Shown piece by piece: positions 38,487 through 54,190 of a stretch of DNA of 64,000 nucleotides. The stretch lies in NCBI RefSeq assembly GCF_006345805.1, contig NW_021835461.1:12086-76085 (forward strand), written 5' to 3'. Positions within the stretch are counted from its first letter, which is position 1, and the number at the start of each line of letters is the position of its first letter. Both the position numbers and the translations under genes were made by a program. Origin of the DNA: Octopus sinensis (lineage: Eukaryota). The notes beneath the pieces are model-generated. The model worked only from the letters and a program-made list of their open reading frames with translations. It did no database searches and was not told the DNA's origin.

Positions 38487-39776
38487 AAGACGAATGAGAA
38501 GAACAAGAATAATAATAATGATAATAATAATAATAATAATAATAATTAGATGAATAAGAAGAACAAGAATAATAATAATAATAAGAAGAAGAAGAATATT
38601 AATAAGAATATTAAGAATAAATAAGAAGAAAAAATGTAATAATAATATTAATAATAAAAATAATAATAATAAGAAGAAGAAGAATAAAAATAATAATAAG
38701 AAGAAGAATAAAAATTTCCGAAAATCTTACCCAAAATATTTCACCGAAATTTTTCGAAAATTCTTGCCGAAAATTTTACCCAAAAATCTATCGAAAATTT
38801 TGCCCAAAAAATTTCACCGAAATTTTTTGAAAATTCTCGCCGAAAATTTTACCCCAAAATTTTTGGAAAATTTTCACCAAACTTTTTCGAAAATTTTACT
38901 CAAAAATTTTCCGATAATTTTTACCGAAAATTTTACACAAAAATTTATCGAAAATTTTGGCCAAAAACTTTACCCAAAAATTTTTCGAAAATTCTAGCCG
39001 AAAATTTTACCCAAAAATTTTTACGGAATTTTTCGAAAATTCTTGCCGAAAATTTTACCCACAAATATTTCGAAAATTGTACCCAAAAATTTTCACCGAA
39101 ATTTTTCGGAAATTTTTGCCGAAAATTTTACCCAAAAAGTTTTGAAAAATTTTCACCAAAATTTTTTCGAAAATTCTTGCCGAAAATTTTACCCAAAAAT
39201 TCACCGAAATTTTTCGAAAATTCTTGCCGAAAGTTTTACCCACTGATTTTCACCGAAATTTTGCGACAATCTTTGCCGAAAATTTTGCCTAAAAATTTTC
39301 AAGCAAATTTCCGTGCAAATTTTTGGGAAACATTATACCCAAAAATTTCCACCGAAATTTTTCGAAAATTTTACCAAAAATTTTTCCAAAATTTTCAAAT
39401 TTTGCCAAAGAATTTTTGCCGAAAAGTTTACCCAAAAATTTTGAACGAAATTTTTTAAAAATTCTTGCCGAAAGTTTTACCCACAAATTTTTCAAAAATT
39501 TTACCCAAAAATTTTCACCGATATATTCCGAAAATTTTTGCCGAAAATTTTACCGAAAAATTTTCAACGAAATTTTTCGAAAATTCTTGCCGAAAATTTT
39601 ACCCAAAATAGTAATAATAATAATAAGGAATAATAGTAATAATAACACCGATAATATAATAATAATAATAATAAGATTAGAATAATAATAATATAATAAG
39701 AAGAAGAAGAATAATAATAATACTAATAATATTAGTAAGAATAATAATAATAAGAAGAATAAGAATAATAAAGAGA

Positions 39777-39808
<32 letters not shown>

Positions 39809-42278
39809 GGATGAATAAGAAGAACAAGATAATAATAATGATAATAATAATAATTAGATGAATAAGAAGAACAAGAATAATAATAATAATAATAATAAGA
39901 AGAAGAATATTAATAAGAATATAAGAATAATAATAATAAGAAAAATTGTAATAATAATATTAATAATAAAAATAATAATAATAAGAAGAAGAATAATAAA
40001 AATAATAATAAGAAGAAGTAGAATAAGAATAAGATAATAATAATAAGACGAAGAAAAAATTTTCAAAGAAAATTTTCCCAAAAATTTTCCCAAAAATTTT
40101 CAAATTTTCCCAAAGAATTTTTCGAAAATTTTACCCAAAAATTTTCACCGATATATTTCGAAAATTTTTGCCGAAAATTTTACCCAAAAATTTTCAACGA
40201 AATTTTTGGAAAATTCTTACCGAATATTTTACCCAAAATAATAATAATAATAATAATAATAAGGAATAATAGTAATAATAACACCGATAATAATAAGATT
40301 AATAATAATAATAATAATAATACTAATAATATTAATAAGAATAATAATAAGAAGAATAAGAATAATAAAGAGAATAAAAATAATAATAATAAAAATAATA
40401 AAAATATAATAATAAGACGACGAATGAGAAGAACAAGAATAATAATAATGATAAAAATAATAATAATAATAATTAGATGAATAAGAAGAACAAGATAATA
40501 ATAATAATAATAATAAGAAGAAGAATATTAATAAGAATATTAAGAATAATAATAAGAAGAAAAATTGTAATAATAATATAATAATAAAAATAATAATAAT
40601 AATAAGAAGAAGAATAAAAATAATAATAAGAAGAAGAATAAAAATTTCCGAAAATTTTACCCAAATATTTCACCGAAATTTTTCGAAAATTCTTGCCGAA
40701 AATTTTACCCAAAAATCTATCGAAAATTTTGCCCAAAAATTTTCACCGAAATTTTTTGAAAATTCTCGCCGAAAATTTTACCCAAAAATTTTTGGAAAAT
40801 TTTCACCAAACTTTTTCGAAAATTTTACTCAAAAATTTTCCGATAATTTTTACCGAAAATTTTACCCAAAAATTTTTCGAAAATTCTAGCCGAAAATTTT
40901 ACCCAAAAATTTTTACCGTAATTTTTCGAAAATTCTTGCCGAAAATTTTACCCACAAATATTTCGAAAATTGTACCCAAAAATTTTCACCGAAATTTTTC
41001 GGAAATTTTTGCCGAAAATTTTACCCAAAAAGTTTTGAAAAATTTTCACCAAAATTTTTCGAAAATTCTTGCCGAAAATTTTACCCAAAAATTTTCACCG
41101 AAATTTTTCGAAAATTATTGCCGAAAGTTTTACCCACTAATTTTCACCGAAATTTTGCGACAATCTTTGCCGAAAATTTTGCCTAAAAATTTTCAAGCAA
41201 ATTTTCCGTGCAAATTTTTGGGAAACATTATACCCAAAAATTTCCACCGAAATTTTTCGAAAATTTTACCAAAAATTTTTCCAAAATTTTCAAATTTTCC
41301 CAAAGAATTTTTGCCGAAAAGTTTACCCAAAAATTTTGAACGAAATTTTAAAAAAATTCTTGCCGAAAGTTTTACCCACAAATTTTTCAAAAATTTTACC
41401 CAAAAATTTTCACCGATATATTCCGAAAATTTTTGCCGAAAATTTTACCGAAAAATTTTCAACGAAATTTTTCGAAAATTCTTGCCGAAAATTTTACCCA
41501 AAATAGTAATAATAATAATAAGGAATAATAGTAATAATAACACCGATAATAATAATAATAATAATAATAAGATTAAGAATAATAATAATAATAATAAGAA
41601 GAAGAATAATAATAATAATACTAATAATATTAGTAAGAATAATAATAATAAGAAGAATAAGAATAATAAAGAGAATAATGATAATAATAATAATAATAAT
41701 AATAGGATGAATAAGAAGAACAAGAATAATAATAATGATAAAAATAATAATAAGAAGAATAAGAATAATAATAAGAAGAATAAGAATAATAATAAGAAGA
41801 ATATAATAAGAATATTAAGAATAATAATAATAAGAAAAATTGTAATAATAATATTAATAATAAAAATAATAATAATAAGAAGAAGAATAATAAAAATAAT
41901 AATAAGAAGAAGTAGAATAAGAATAAGATAATAATGATAAGACGAAGAAAAAATTTTCCACGAAAATTTTCCCAAAAATTTTCAAAAATTTTCAAATTTT
42001 CCCAAAGAATTTTTCGAAAATTTTACCCAAAATTTTCACCGATATATTTCGAAAATTTTTGCCGAAAATTTTACCCAAAAATTTTCAACGAAATTTTTGG
42101 AAAATTCTTACCGAATATTTTACCCAAAATAATATAATAATAATAATAATAGGATAATAGTAATAATAACACCGATAATAATAAGATTAATAATAATAAT
42201 AATAAATAATACTAATAATATTAATAAGAATAATAATAATAAGAAGAATAAGAATAATAAAGAGAATAATAATAATAA

Positions 42279-42309
<31 letters not shown>

Positions 42310-43085
42310 AAGACGAATGAGAAGAACAAGAATAATAATAATGATAATAATAATAATAATAATAATAATTAGATGAATAAGAAGAACAAGAATAATAATA
42401 ATAATAAGAAGAAGAAGAATATTAATAAGAATATTAAGAATAATAATAAGAAGAAAAATTGTAATAATAATATTAATAATAAAAATAATAATAATAAGAA
42501 GAAGAAGAATAAAAATAATAATAAGAAGAAAAAGAATAAGATAATAATAATAAGACAAAGAAAAATAATAATAATAAGAATAATAATACTAAGAAGAAGA
42601 AGAAGAATATAATAAGAATATTAAGAATAATAATATAATAATAATAATATAATAATAATAATAATAATAATAAAAAAATAATAATAAGAAGAAGATAATA
42701 AAAATAATAATAAGAAGAAGAAGTAGAATAAGAATAAGATAATAATAATAAGACGAAGAAAAAATTTTCAAAGAAAATTTTCCCAAAAATTTTCCCAAAA
42801 TTTTCAAATTTTCCCAAAGAATTTTTCGAAAATTTTACCCAAAAATTTTCACCGATATATTTCGAAAATTTTTGCCGAAAATTTTACCCAAAAATTTTCA
42901 ACGAATTTTTGGAAAATTCTTACCGAATATTTTACCCAAAATAATAATAATAATAATAATAATAAGGAATAATAGTAATAATAACACCGATAATAATAAG
43001 ATTAAGAATAATAATAATAATAATACTAATAATATTAATAAGAATATAATAAGAAGAATAAGAATAATAAAGAGAATAAAAATAA

Positions 43086-43116
<31 letters not shown>

Positions 43117-46100
43117 AAGACGAATGAGAAGAACAAGAATAATAATAATGATAAAAATAATAATAAAAATAATTAGATGAATAAGAAGAACAAGAATAAT
43201 AATAATAATAATATAAGAAGAAGAATATTAATAAGAATATTAAGAATAATAATAAGAAGAAGAAGAATATAATAAGAATATAAGAATAATAATAATAATA
43301 ATAATAATAATAAGAAGAAGAATAAAAATAATAATAAGAAGAAGAATAAAAATTTCCGAAAATTTTACCCAAATATTTCACCGAAATTTTTCGAAAATTC
43401 TTGCCGAAAATTTTACCGAAAATTTTACCCAAAAATCTATCGAAAATTTTGCCCAAAAATTTTCACCGAAATTTTTTGAAAATTCTCGCCGAAAATTTTA
43501 CCCAAAAATTTTTGGAAAATTTTCACCAAACTTTTTCGAAAATTTTACTCAAAAATTTTCCGATAATTTTTACCGAAAATTTTACCCAAAAATTTTTCGA
43601 AAATTCTAGCCGAAAATTTTACCCAAAAATTTTTACCGTAATTTTTCGAAAATTCTTGCCGAAAATTTTACCCACAAATATTTCGAAAATTGTACCCAAA
43701 AATTTTCACCGAAATTTTTCGGAAATTTTTGCCGAAAATTTTACCCAAAAAGTTTTGAAAAATTTTCACCAAAATTTTTCGAAAATTCTTGCCGAAAATT
43801 TTACCCAAAAATTTTCACCGAAATTTTTCGAAAATTATTGCCGAAAGTTTTACCCACTAATTTTCACCGAAATTTTGCGACAATCTTTGCCGAAAATTTT
43901 GCCTAAAAATTTTCAAGCAAATTTTCCGTGCAAATTTTTGGGAAACATTATACCAAAAATTTCCACCGAAATTTTTCGAAAATTTTACCAAAAATTTTTC
44001 CAAAATTTTCAAATTTTCCCAAAGAATTTTGCCGAAAAGTTTACCCAAAAATTTTGAACGAAATTTTAAAAAAATTCTTGCCGAAAATTTTACCCAAAAA
44101 TTTTTCGAAAATTTTACCCAAAAATTTTCACCGATATATTCCGAAAATTTTTGCCGAAAATTTTACCGAAAAATTTTCAACGAAATTTTTCGAAAATTCT
44201 TGCCGAAAATTTTACCCAAAATAGTAATAATAATAATAATAAGGAATAATAGTAATAATAACACCGATAATAATAATAATAATAATAATAAGATTAAGAA
44301 TAATAATAATAATAATAAGAAGAAGAATAATAATAATAATACTAATAATATTAGTAAGAATAATAATAATAAGAAGAATAAGAATAATAAAGAGAATAAT
44401 GATAATAATAATAATAATAATAGGATGAATAAGAAGAACAAGAATAAGAATAATAATAATGATAATAATAATAATTAGATGAATAAGAAGAACAAGAATA
44501 AGAATAATAATAATAATAATAAGAAGAATATTAATAAGAATATTAAGAATAATAATAAGAAGAAAAATTGTAATAATAATATTAATAATAAAAAAATAAT
44601 AATATAAGAAGAAGAATAATAAAAATAATAATAAGAAGAAGTAGAATAAGAATAAGATAATAATAATAATAATAAGACGAAGAAAAAATTTTCCACGAAA
44701 ATTTTCCCAAAAATTTTCAAAAATTTTCAAATTTTCCCAAAGAATTTTTCGAAAATTTTACCCAAAAATTTTCACCGATATATTTCGAAAATTTTTGCCG
44801 AAAATTTTACCCAAAAATTTTCAACGAAATTTTTGGAAAATTCTTACCGAATATTTTACCCAAAATAATAATAAAAATAATAATAATAAGGAATAATAGT
44901 AATAATAACACCGATAATAATAAGATTAATAATAATAATAATAATAATAATACTAATAATATTAATAAGAATAATAATAATAAGAAGAATAAGAATAATA
45001 AAGAGAATAATAATAATAATAATAATAAAAATAATAATAATAATAATAAGACGAATGAGAAGAACAAGAATAATAATAATGATAATAATAATAATAATAA
45101 TAATAATTAGATGAATAAGAAGAACAGAATAATAATAATAAGAAGAAGAAGAAGAATATTAATAAGAAATTAAGAATAATAATAAGAAGAAAAATTGTAA
45201 TAATAATATTAATAATAAAAATAATAATAATAAGAAGAAGAAGAAGAAATAAAAAATAATAATAATAAAGAAGAAAAAGAATAATAATAATAATAAGACA
45301 AGAGAAAAATAATAATAATAAGAATAATAATACTAAGAAGAAGAAGAAGATAAATAATAATAAGCATAATAATAATAATAAATAATATTAATAATAATAT
45401 AATAATAATAAAAATAATAAAAAGTAGAACAATAAGAATAATATAATAATAATAATAGTAATAATAATGAAATAATAATATAAGAATAATAAGAATAAAA
45501 AGAAAGATAATAATAAAAAATAATTACAAGAAGAATAATAAAAATTTCCGAAAATTTTACCCAAAAAATTTCACCGAAATTTTTCGAAAATTCTTGCCGA
45601 AAATTTTACCCCAAAAATCTATCGAAAATTTTGCCCAAAAAATTTCACCTAAATTTTTCGAAAATTCCTGCCGAAAATTTTACCCACAAAGTTTTCGAAA
45701 ATTTTACCCAAAAATTTTCAACCCGAAATATTTCGAAAATTTTTGCCGAAAATTTTACCCAAAAATTTTTCGAAAATTTTTGCCGAAAATTTTACCCAAA
45801 AATTTTTCGAAAATTGTTGCCGAAAATTTTACCGAAAAATTTTTACGGAAATTTTTCGAAAATTCTCTTTTTGGGTAAAATTTTACCCACAAATATTTTG
45901 AAAATTGTACCCAAAAATTTCACCACCGAAATTTTTCGGAAAATTTTACCCAAAAATTTTTGAAAAATTTTAACGAAAATTTTTTCGAAAATTGTTGCCG
46001 AAAATTTTACCCAAAAATTTTCACCGAAATTTTTCGAAAATTCTTGCCGAAAGTTTTACCCACAAATTTTCACCGAAATTTTTCGAAAATCTTTGCCGAA

Positions 46101-48785
46101 AATTTTGCCCAAAAATTTTCAACCAAATTTTCCGTGCAAATTTTTGAGAAAAATTTTACCCAAAAATTTCCAACGAAATTTTTCGAAAATTTTACCAAGA
46201 ATTTTTCCAAAATTTTCAAATTTTCCCAAAGAATTTTTGCCGAAAAGTTTACCCAAAAATTTGAACAAATTTTAAAAAAATTCTTGCCGAAAGTTTTACC
46301 CACAAATTTTTCAAAAATTTTACCCAAAAATTTTCACCGATATATTCCGAAAATTTTTGCCGAAAATTTTACCGAAAAATTTTCAACGAAATTTTTCGAA
46401 AATTCTTGCCGAAAATTTTACCCAAAATAGTAATAATAATAATAAGGAATAATAGTAATAATAACACCGATAATAATAATAATAATAATAATAAGATTAA
46501 GAATAATAATAATAATAATAAGAAGAAGAATAATAATAATAATACTAATAATATTAGTAAGAATAATAATAAGAAGAAGAATAAGAATAATAAAGAGAAT
46601 AATGATAATAATAATAATAATAATAGGATGAATAAGAAGAACAAGAATAATAATAATGATAATAATAATAATTAGATGAATAAGAAGAACAAGAATAAGA
46701 ATAATAATAATAAGAAGAAGAATATTAATAAGAATATTAAGAATAATAATAATAAGAAAAATTGTAATAATAATATTAATAATAAAATAATAATAATAAG
46801 AAGAAGAATAATAAAAATAATAATAAGAAGAAGTAGAATAAGAATAAGATAATAATGATAAGACAGACGAAGAAAAAATTTTCCACGAAAATTTTCCCAA
46901 AAATTTTCAAAAATTTTCAAATTTTCCCAAAGAATTTTTCGAAATTTTACCCAAAAAATTTTCACCGATATATTTCGAAAATTTTTGCCGAAAATTTTAC
47001 CCAAAAATTTTCAACGAAATTTTTGGAAAATTCTTACCGAATATTTTACCCAAAATAATAATAATAATAATAATAATAATAAGGAATAATAGTAATAATA
47101 ACACCGATAATAATAAGATTAATAATAATATAATAATATAATACTAATAATATTAATAAGAATAATAATAATAAGAAGAATAAGAATAATAAAGAGAATA
47201 ATAATAATAATAATAATAAAAATAATAATAATAATAATAAGACGAATGAGAAGAACAAGAATAATAATAATGATAATAATAATAATCAAATAATAATTAG
47301 ATGAATATAAGAAGAACAGAATAAATCATATAATAATAATAAGAAGAAGAATATTAATAAGAATAATAAGAAAATAATAAGAAGAAAAATTGTAATAATA
47401 ATATTAATAATAAAAATAATAATAATAAGAGAGAAGAAGAATAAAAATAATAATAAGAAGAAAAAGAATAAAGATATAATAATAAGACAAAGAAAATAAT
47501 AATAATAAGAATAATAATACTAAGAGAAGAAGAAGATAAATAATAATAAGCATAACAATAATAATAATAATAATAATATTAATAATAATAATAATAATAA
47601 TAAAATATAAAAAGCAGAACAATAAGAATAATATAATAATAATAGTAATAATAATAATGAAATAATAATAATAAGAATAATAAGAATAAAAAGAAAGATA
47701 ATAATAAAAATAATTACAAGAAGAATAATAAAAATTTCCGAAAATTTTACCCAAAAAATTTCACCGAAATTTTTCGAAAATTCTTGCCGAAAATTTTACC
47801 CAAAAATCTATCGAAAATTTTGCCCAAAAAATTTCACCTAAATTTTTCGAAAATTCCTGCCGAAAATTTTACCCACAAAGTTTTCGAAATTTTACCCAAA
47901 AATTTTCACCGAAATATTTCGAAAATTTTTGCCGAAAATTTTACCCAAAAATTTTTCGAAAATTTTTGCCGAAAATTTTACCCAAAAATTTTTCGAAAAT
48001 TGTTGCCGAAAATTTTACCGAAAAATTTTTACGGAAATTTTTCGAAAATTCTCTTTTTGGGTAAAATTTTACCCACAAATATTTTGAAAATTGTACCCAA
48101 AAATTTTCACCGAAATTTTTCGGAAAATTTTACCCAAAAATTTTTGAAAAATTTTCACGAAAATTTTTTCGAAAATTGTTGCCGAAAATTTTACCCAAAA
48201 ATTTTCACCGAAATTTTTCGAAAATTCTTGCCGAAAGTTTTACCCACGAATTTTCACCGAAATTTTTCGAAAATCTTTGCCGAAAATTTTGCCCAAAAAT
48301 TTTCAACCAAATTTTCCGTGCAAATTTTTGAGAAAAATTTTACCCAAAAATTTCCAACGAAATTTTTCGAAAATTTTACCAAGAATTTTTCCAAAATTTT
48401 CAAATTTTCCCAAAGAATTTTTGCCGAAAAGTTTACCCAAAAATTTTAAACGAAATTTTTTGAAAATTCTTTCCGAAAGTTTTACCCACAAATTTTTCAA
48501 AAATTTTCACAGAAATTTTTCGAAAATTCTTGCCAGAAATTTTACCCAAAAATTTTCACCGAAATTTTTACAAAATTTTTTCGGAAAATTTTACCCCAAA
48601 AATTGCACCGAAATTTTTCGAATATTCTTGCCGAAAATTTTACCCAAAAATTTATCGAAAATTTTGGCCATAAATTTTCACCGAAATTTTTCGAAAATTT
48701 TTGCCGAAAATTTTACCCAAAAATTTTTCGAAAGTTTGCACGGAAAATTTACACCGAAATTTTTCGAAAATTTTATCCAAAAATA
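28290..48785 (+). repeat. Higher-order compound satellite: A4T4/CCGAAA satellite blocks alternating with homologous AAT/AAG blocks
   Basis: Common ~49-bp unit GCCGAAAATTTTACCCAAAAATTTTCACCGAAATTTTTCGAAAATTCTT; junction AATAAAAATTTCCGAAAAT at ~31281, 34060, 36798, 38714, 40644, 43352, 45544 and 47734. Confidence 0.95.
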
Positions 48786-49019
48786 ATATTATATGAATAA
48801 TAGTAATAATAACACAATAATAATACTGATAAATATAATAAGATTAATAATAGTAATAATAATAATAATAATAATAACAAGAATAATAATAATAATACGA
48901 AGAGAAGAAGAATAAGTAGATGAAGAAGAAGATGAATAATAATAATAATAATAATAAGAAGAAGAAGAATAAGAATTATAATAATAATAATACTAATAAC
49001 AATAATGATAATAATAATG

Positions 49020-49052
<33 letters not shown>

Positions 49053-49772
49053 GAAGAAGAAGAAGAAAAAAAGAATGAGAATAATAATAATAATAATAGT
49101 AATAATAAAATTAATAATAAGATTAAGAAAAAAGAATAACAATAATAAAATAATAATAAGAAGAAGAAGAATAAGAATAGTAATAATAATAATGATAAAA
49201 ATAATAGTAATAATAATTATAATAATAACAAAAATAATAATAAGAAGAAGAATAGGAATAATAATAAGAATAATTATAATAATAAGAAGAAAAAATAATT
49301 ATAATAAGAATAATAAGAATTAAATAATAATATATATAATAATAAAACTTATAATAAAAGAAGAATAAGAAAAATCATAATAATAATAATAATAATGATA
49401 ATAATACTAATAATATTCAGAATAATAATAATAATAATAATAATAATGATAAGAATAAGAATAATAAAAATAAGAAGAATGAAAAGAATAATAATAATAT
49501 AATAATTATAATAAGAATAAAATAAGAATAATAGTAATAATAGCAATAACAATAATAATAAAAAAAATATTAAGATTAAGAATAAGAATAATTCTAATAA
49601 TAATAATAATAATAATAATAAGACTAATAATAATCAGAAGAAGAAGTAGAAGTAGAATAAGAATAATAATAAGAAAAATAATAATAAAAATAATAAGAAG
49701 AAGAATAAAAAGAATAATAATAATAATAATAAAAATAATAGTAATAATAACAATAATAAAAATAATAATAAG

Positions 49773-49816
<44 letters not shown>

Positions 49817-50576
49817 GAAGAAGAATAATAATAATAATGAGAAGAAGAATAAGAATAGTAATAATAATAATGATAATAATAATCATAAGACGAATAATAA
49901 TAATAATAAGAAGAAGAAGAATACGAAAAAGAAGGAGAATAAGAATACCAATTATAATAATAATAATAAGAAGAAGAAGAAGAAGAATAATAAGAATAAG
50001 AATAATAATAATAATAAAATAATAAGAAGAAGAATAGAAAGAATGAGAATAATAGTAATAATAATAATAAAAATAATAATAAGAAGAAGAATAAAAATAA
50101 TACTAATAATATTTAAATAATAATAATAACAATAAAAAGAATAATGATGATAAAAATAATTGACACGTAAAAGCACTCACTACACTCTCGGAGTGGTTAG
50201 CGTTAGAAAGGGTATCCAGCTGTAGAAACACTGCCAGATCTGACTGGCGTGGTGCAGCCTTCAGGCTCCCCAGACCCTAGTTGAACCGTCCAACCCATGC
50301 TAGGATGGAAAGCGGACGTTAAATGATGATGATGATGAATAAGAAGAATAAAAAGAATAATAATAATAATAATAATAATGAGAATAATAGTGATAATAAC
50401 AATAATAAGATAAATAATAATATTAAGTTTAATATTAATAAGTCGAATAAGAATAATAATAATAATAATAATATTAATAATAATAATAATAATAACAATA
50501 ATAATAATAATAAGAAGAAGAATAATAATAAGAATAATAATAATAATGATAATAAGAAGAAGAATAAAAAGAATGA

Positions 50577-50614
<38 letters not shown>

Positions 50615-52850
50615 GTAATAAAAATAATAATAAGATTAAGAAGAAAGAGAATAACAATAATAAAAAATAATAATAATGATACTAATAATAGTAATAATAA
50701 TAATAATAAATAATAATAATAATAAGAAGAAGAAGAATAGGAATAATACTAAGAATAATAATAATAAGAAGAAAATAAGTATAATAAGAATAGTAAGAAT
50801 AATAATAATAATATTAATAATAAAAATAATAATAAGAAGAAGAATTAGAAAAATAATGATAATAATAATAATAATAATACAAATAATATTAAGAATAATA
50901 ATAATAATAATGATAAGACGAAGAATAATAATAATAAGAAGAAGAAGTAGAAGTAGAATAATATTAAGAAGAAGAAGAATATAATAATAATAATAATAAT
51001 AAATAATAATAATAAAAATAATAATAATAATGATACTAATAATAGTAATAATAATAATAATAATAAAAATAATATAAGAAGAAGAAGAATAGGAATAATA
51101 CTAAGAATAATAATAATAAGAAGAAAATAAGTATAATAAGAATAGTAAGAATAATAATATAATAATTATAATAATAATAATAATAATAAGAAGAAGAATT
51201 AGAAAAATAATGATAATAATAATAATAATAATACAAATAATATTAAGAATAATAATAATAATAATGATAAGACGAAGAATAATAAATAATAATAAGAAGA
51301 AGAAGAAGTAGAAGTAGAATAATAAGAAGAAGAAGAATATAATAATAATAATAATAATAACAATAATAAAAATAATTATAAGAAGAAGAAAAAGAATAAG
51401 AAGAATAATAATAAGAATAATAGTAAGAATAAAAATAATAAAAATAATAATACTAATAATAAGATTAAGAATAAGAATAATAATAATAAAAATAATAGGA
51501 ATAATAATCATAATACGAAGAAGAATAATAAATATAATGAGAAGAAGAAGAGGAAGATGAATAAAAAGAATAATAATTATAATAATAATCATAATAATGA
51601 TAAGAAGAATAAGAATGGTAGTAATATTAATGATAATAATAATAATAATAATAATAAGAAGAATAAGAATAATAATAAAAATAATAATATTAATAAAAAT
51701 CATAAGAAGAATAGAAAGAATAATAATAATAATAATAAAAATAATAATAAGATTAGGAAGAATAAGAATAATAATAATAATATAATAATATTAAGAAGAA
51801 GAAGGAGAAGAATAAGAAGAAAAAAATAATAATAATAAGAAGAATATTAAGAATAATAATATAATAATAGTAATAAAAATAATAATAAGAATAATAAGAG
51901 TAATAATATTAATAAGAAGAAGAAGAGGAAGAATAATAATGACAATATTGATAATAATAATTAAACTAATAATAATAATAACAAGAAGAATAAGAATAAG
52001 AAAAATCATAAAAAGAATAAAAAATAAGAAGAATAAGAATAATAATAATATTTACAATATTAAATAATAATAATAATAATGATAAGAATAATAATAATAA
52101 AAATATTAATAAGAAGAATAAAAAGAATAAGAATAATAATAAGAATACTAATAAGAAGAATAAAAGTAATAATAACAAAAATAATAATAGTAAAAATAAT
52201 ATTAAGTTTAATAATAAGACAAATAAGAACAAGAATAATAATGATAACAATAATAATAAGAAGAAGAATAAGAATATTGATAATATAATACTAATAAGAA
52301 GAAGAATAAGAAGAAAAATAGTAATAATAATATTAATAATGAAAATAATAATAATAATAATAATAAGAAGAAGAAGAAGAAGAAGAAAAATAATAATAAT
52401 AATAGGAATAATAATAATAATAAGAAGAAGAATAAGAATAAGAATAATAAGAGTAATAATATTAATAATAATAATTATAACAATAATAAACAGAAGAAGA
52501 ATTATAATAATGAGAATAATAAGATATATAATAAGAATAATAATTATAATAATAATAATAAGAATAATATAATAACAATAATAATAATAATAATAGGAAT
52601 AATAATAATAATAAAAAAAAATAAGAAGGATAATAATAAGAATAATAAGATGAAAAATGATAATAATAAGCATAAAAAGAATAATAAGAATAATAATAAT
52701 AATAATAAGAAGAAGAATAAGAATAGTAATAATAACAATAATAATAATAAAAATTATAATAAGATAAAGAAGAATAAGAATAATAATAATAAGAAGAAGA
52801 AGGAGAATAATAGTAATAATAATAAGACGAAGACGAATAATAATAATAAT

Positions 52851-52885
<35 letters not shown>

Positions 52886-53631
52886 GAAGAAGAATAAAAA
52901 GAATAATAATAAGAAGAAAAATAATAAGGAGAATAATAGTAATAATAACAATAAAAATAATAATAATAATAAGAGTAAGAATAATAATAATAATAATAAT
53001 AAGAAGAAGAAGAAGAAGAAGACGAGGCATAAGAATCACAATAATAATAATAATAATAAGATGATGAAGAAGAAGAATAAGAATAATAATAATAAGTAGA
53101 CGAATAATAAGAATAATAATTATAATAACAATAATAATAATAATAATAATAATAATAATTAATAAGATGAATAATAATAAGAAGAAGAATAAGAAGAAGA
53201 ATAATTATAATAAGAATAATATTAATAATAATAAGAAGAATAAGATAATAATAATAAGAAGAAGAAAAAGATTAATAATAATGACAATAATAATAAGAAG
53301 AATAATAATAATAAGAATAATAAGAAAAATAAGAATAAGAATAATAATAAGGAGAAGAATTATAAGAATAATAATAATAATAGGAATAATAATAATAATC
53401 AGAATAATAATACAAAGAAGATAATTAATAATAATAATAATAATAATAAAAATAAAAATAATATTAATAAGAATAAAAAGAATAAGAAGAATAATAACAA
53501 TAATAATAAGAATAATAAAAATAATAATCATAATAATAAAAATGATAATAATAATAATAAGATGAATAATAGTAATAACAACAATAATAATAATGATAAA
53601 AATAATAATAAGATTAAGAATAATAATAATC

Positions 53632-53662
<31 letters not shown>

Positions 53663-53823
53663 GAAGAAGAAGAAGAAGAAGAAGAATAAGGAGAAGAAGA
53701 AGATGAATAATAAGAAAAATTTTAATAATAATAATTATAATAAAAATAATGATAATAATAATAATAATAAGAAGAAGAAGAAGAATAAGATAATAATAAT
53801 AAGAATAAAAATAAAAATAATAA

Positions 53824-53856
<33 letters not shown>

Positions 53857-54112
53857 GGAGAAGAATGTTAAGATTAATAATAATAGGAAGAATAATAATA
53901 ATAATGATAAGAAGAAGAATAAGATAATAATAATAAGACGAAGAAAAATAATAATAATAATAAGAGGAAGAAGAATTATAAGAATAATAATAAGAAATAT
54001 AATAATAATAAGGAGAAGAATTTTAAGAATAATAATAATAATAGGAAGAATAAAAATAATAAGAATAATAATACTAAGAAGAAGAAGATAAATAATAATA
54101 ATAATAATAATA

Positions 54113-54143
<31 letters not shown>

Positions 54144-54157
54144 TAGTTATAATAATG

Positions 54158-54190
<33 letters not shown>

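Noticed and set aside
28290-48785. CENP-B box in the satellite
   Set aside because: TTCG is present but the downstream A..CGGG positions are not
28290-48785. Heat-shock or NF-kB element clusters (GAAAATTC, GGAAAATTTTCC)
   Set aside because: Only two-unit GAAnnTTC matches, which follow from the satellite composition; there is no evidence of function
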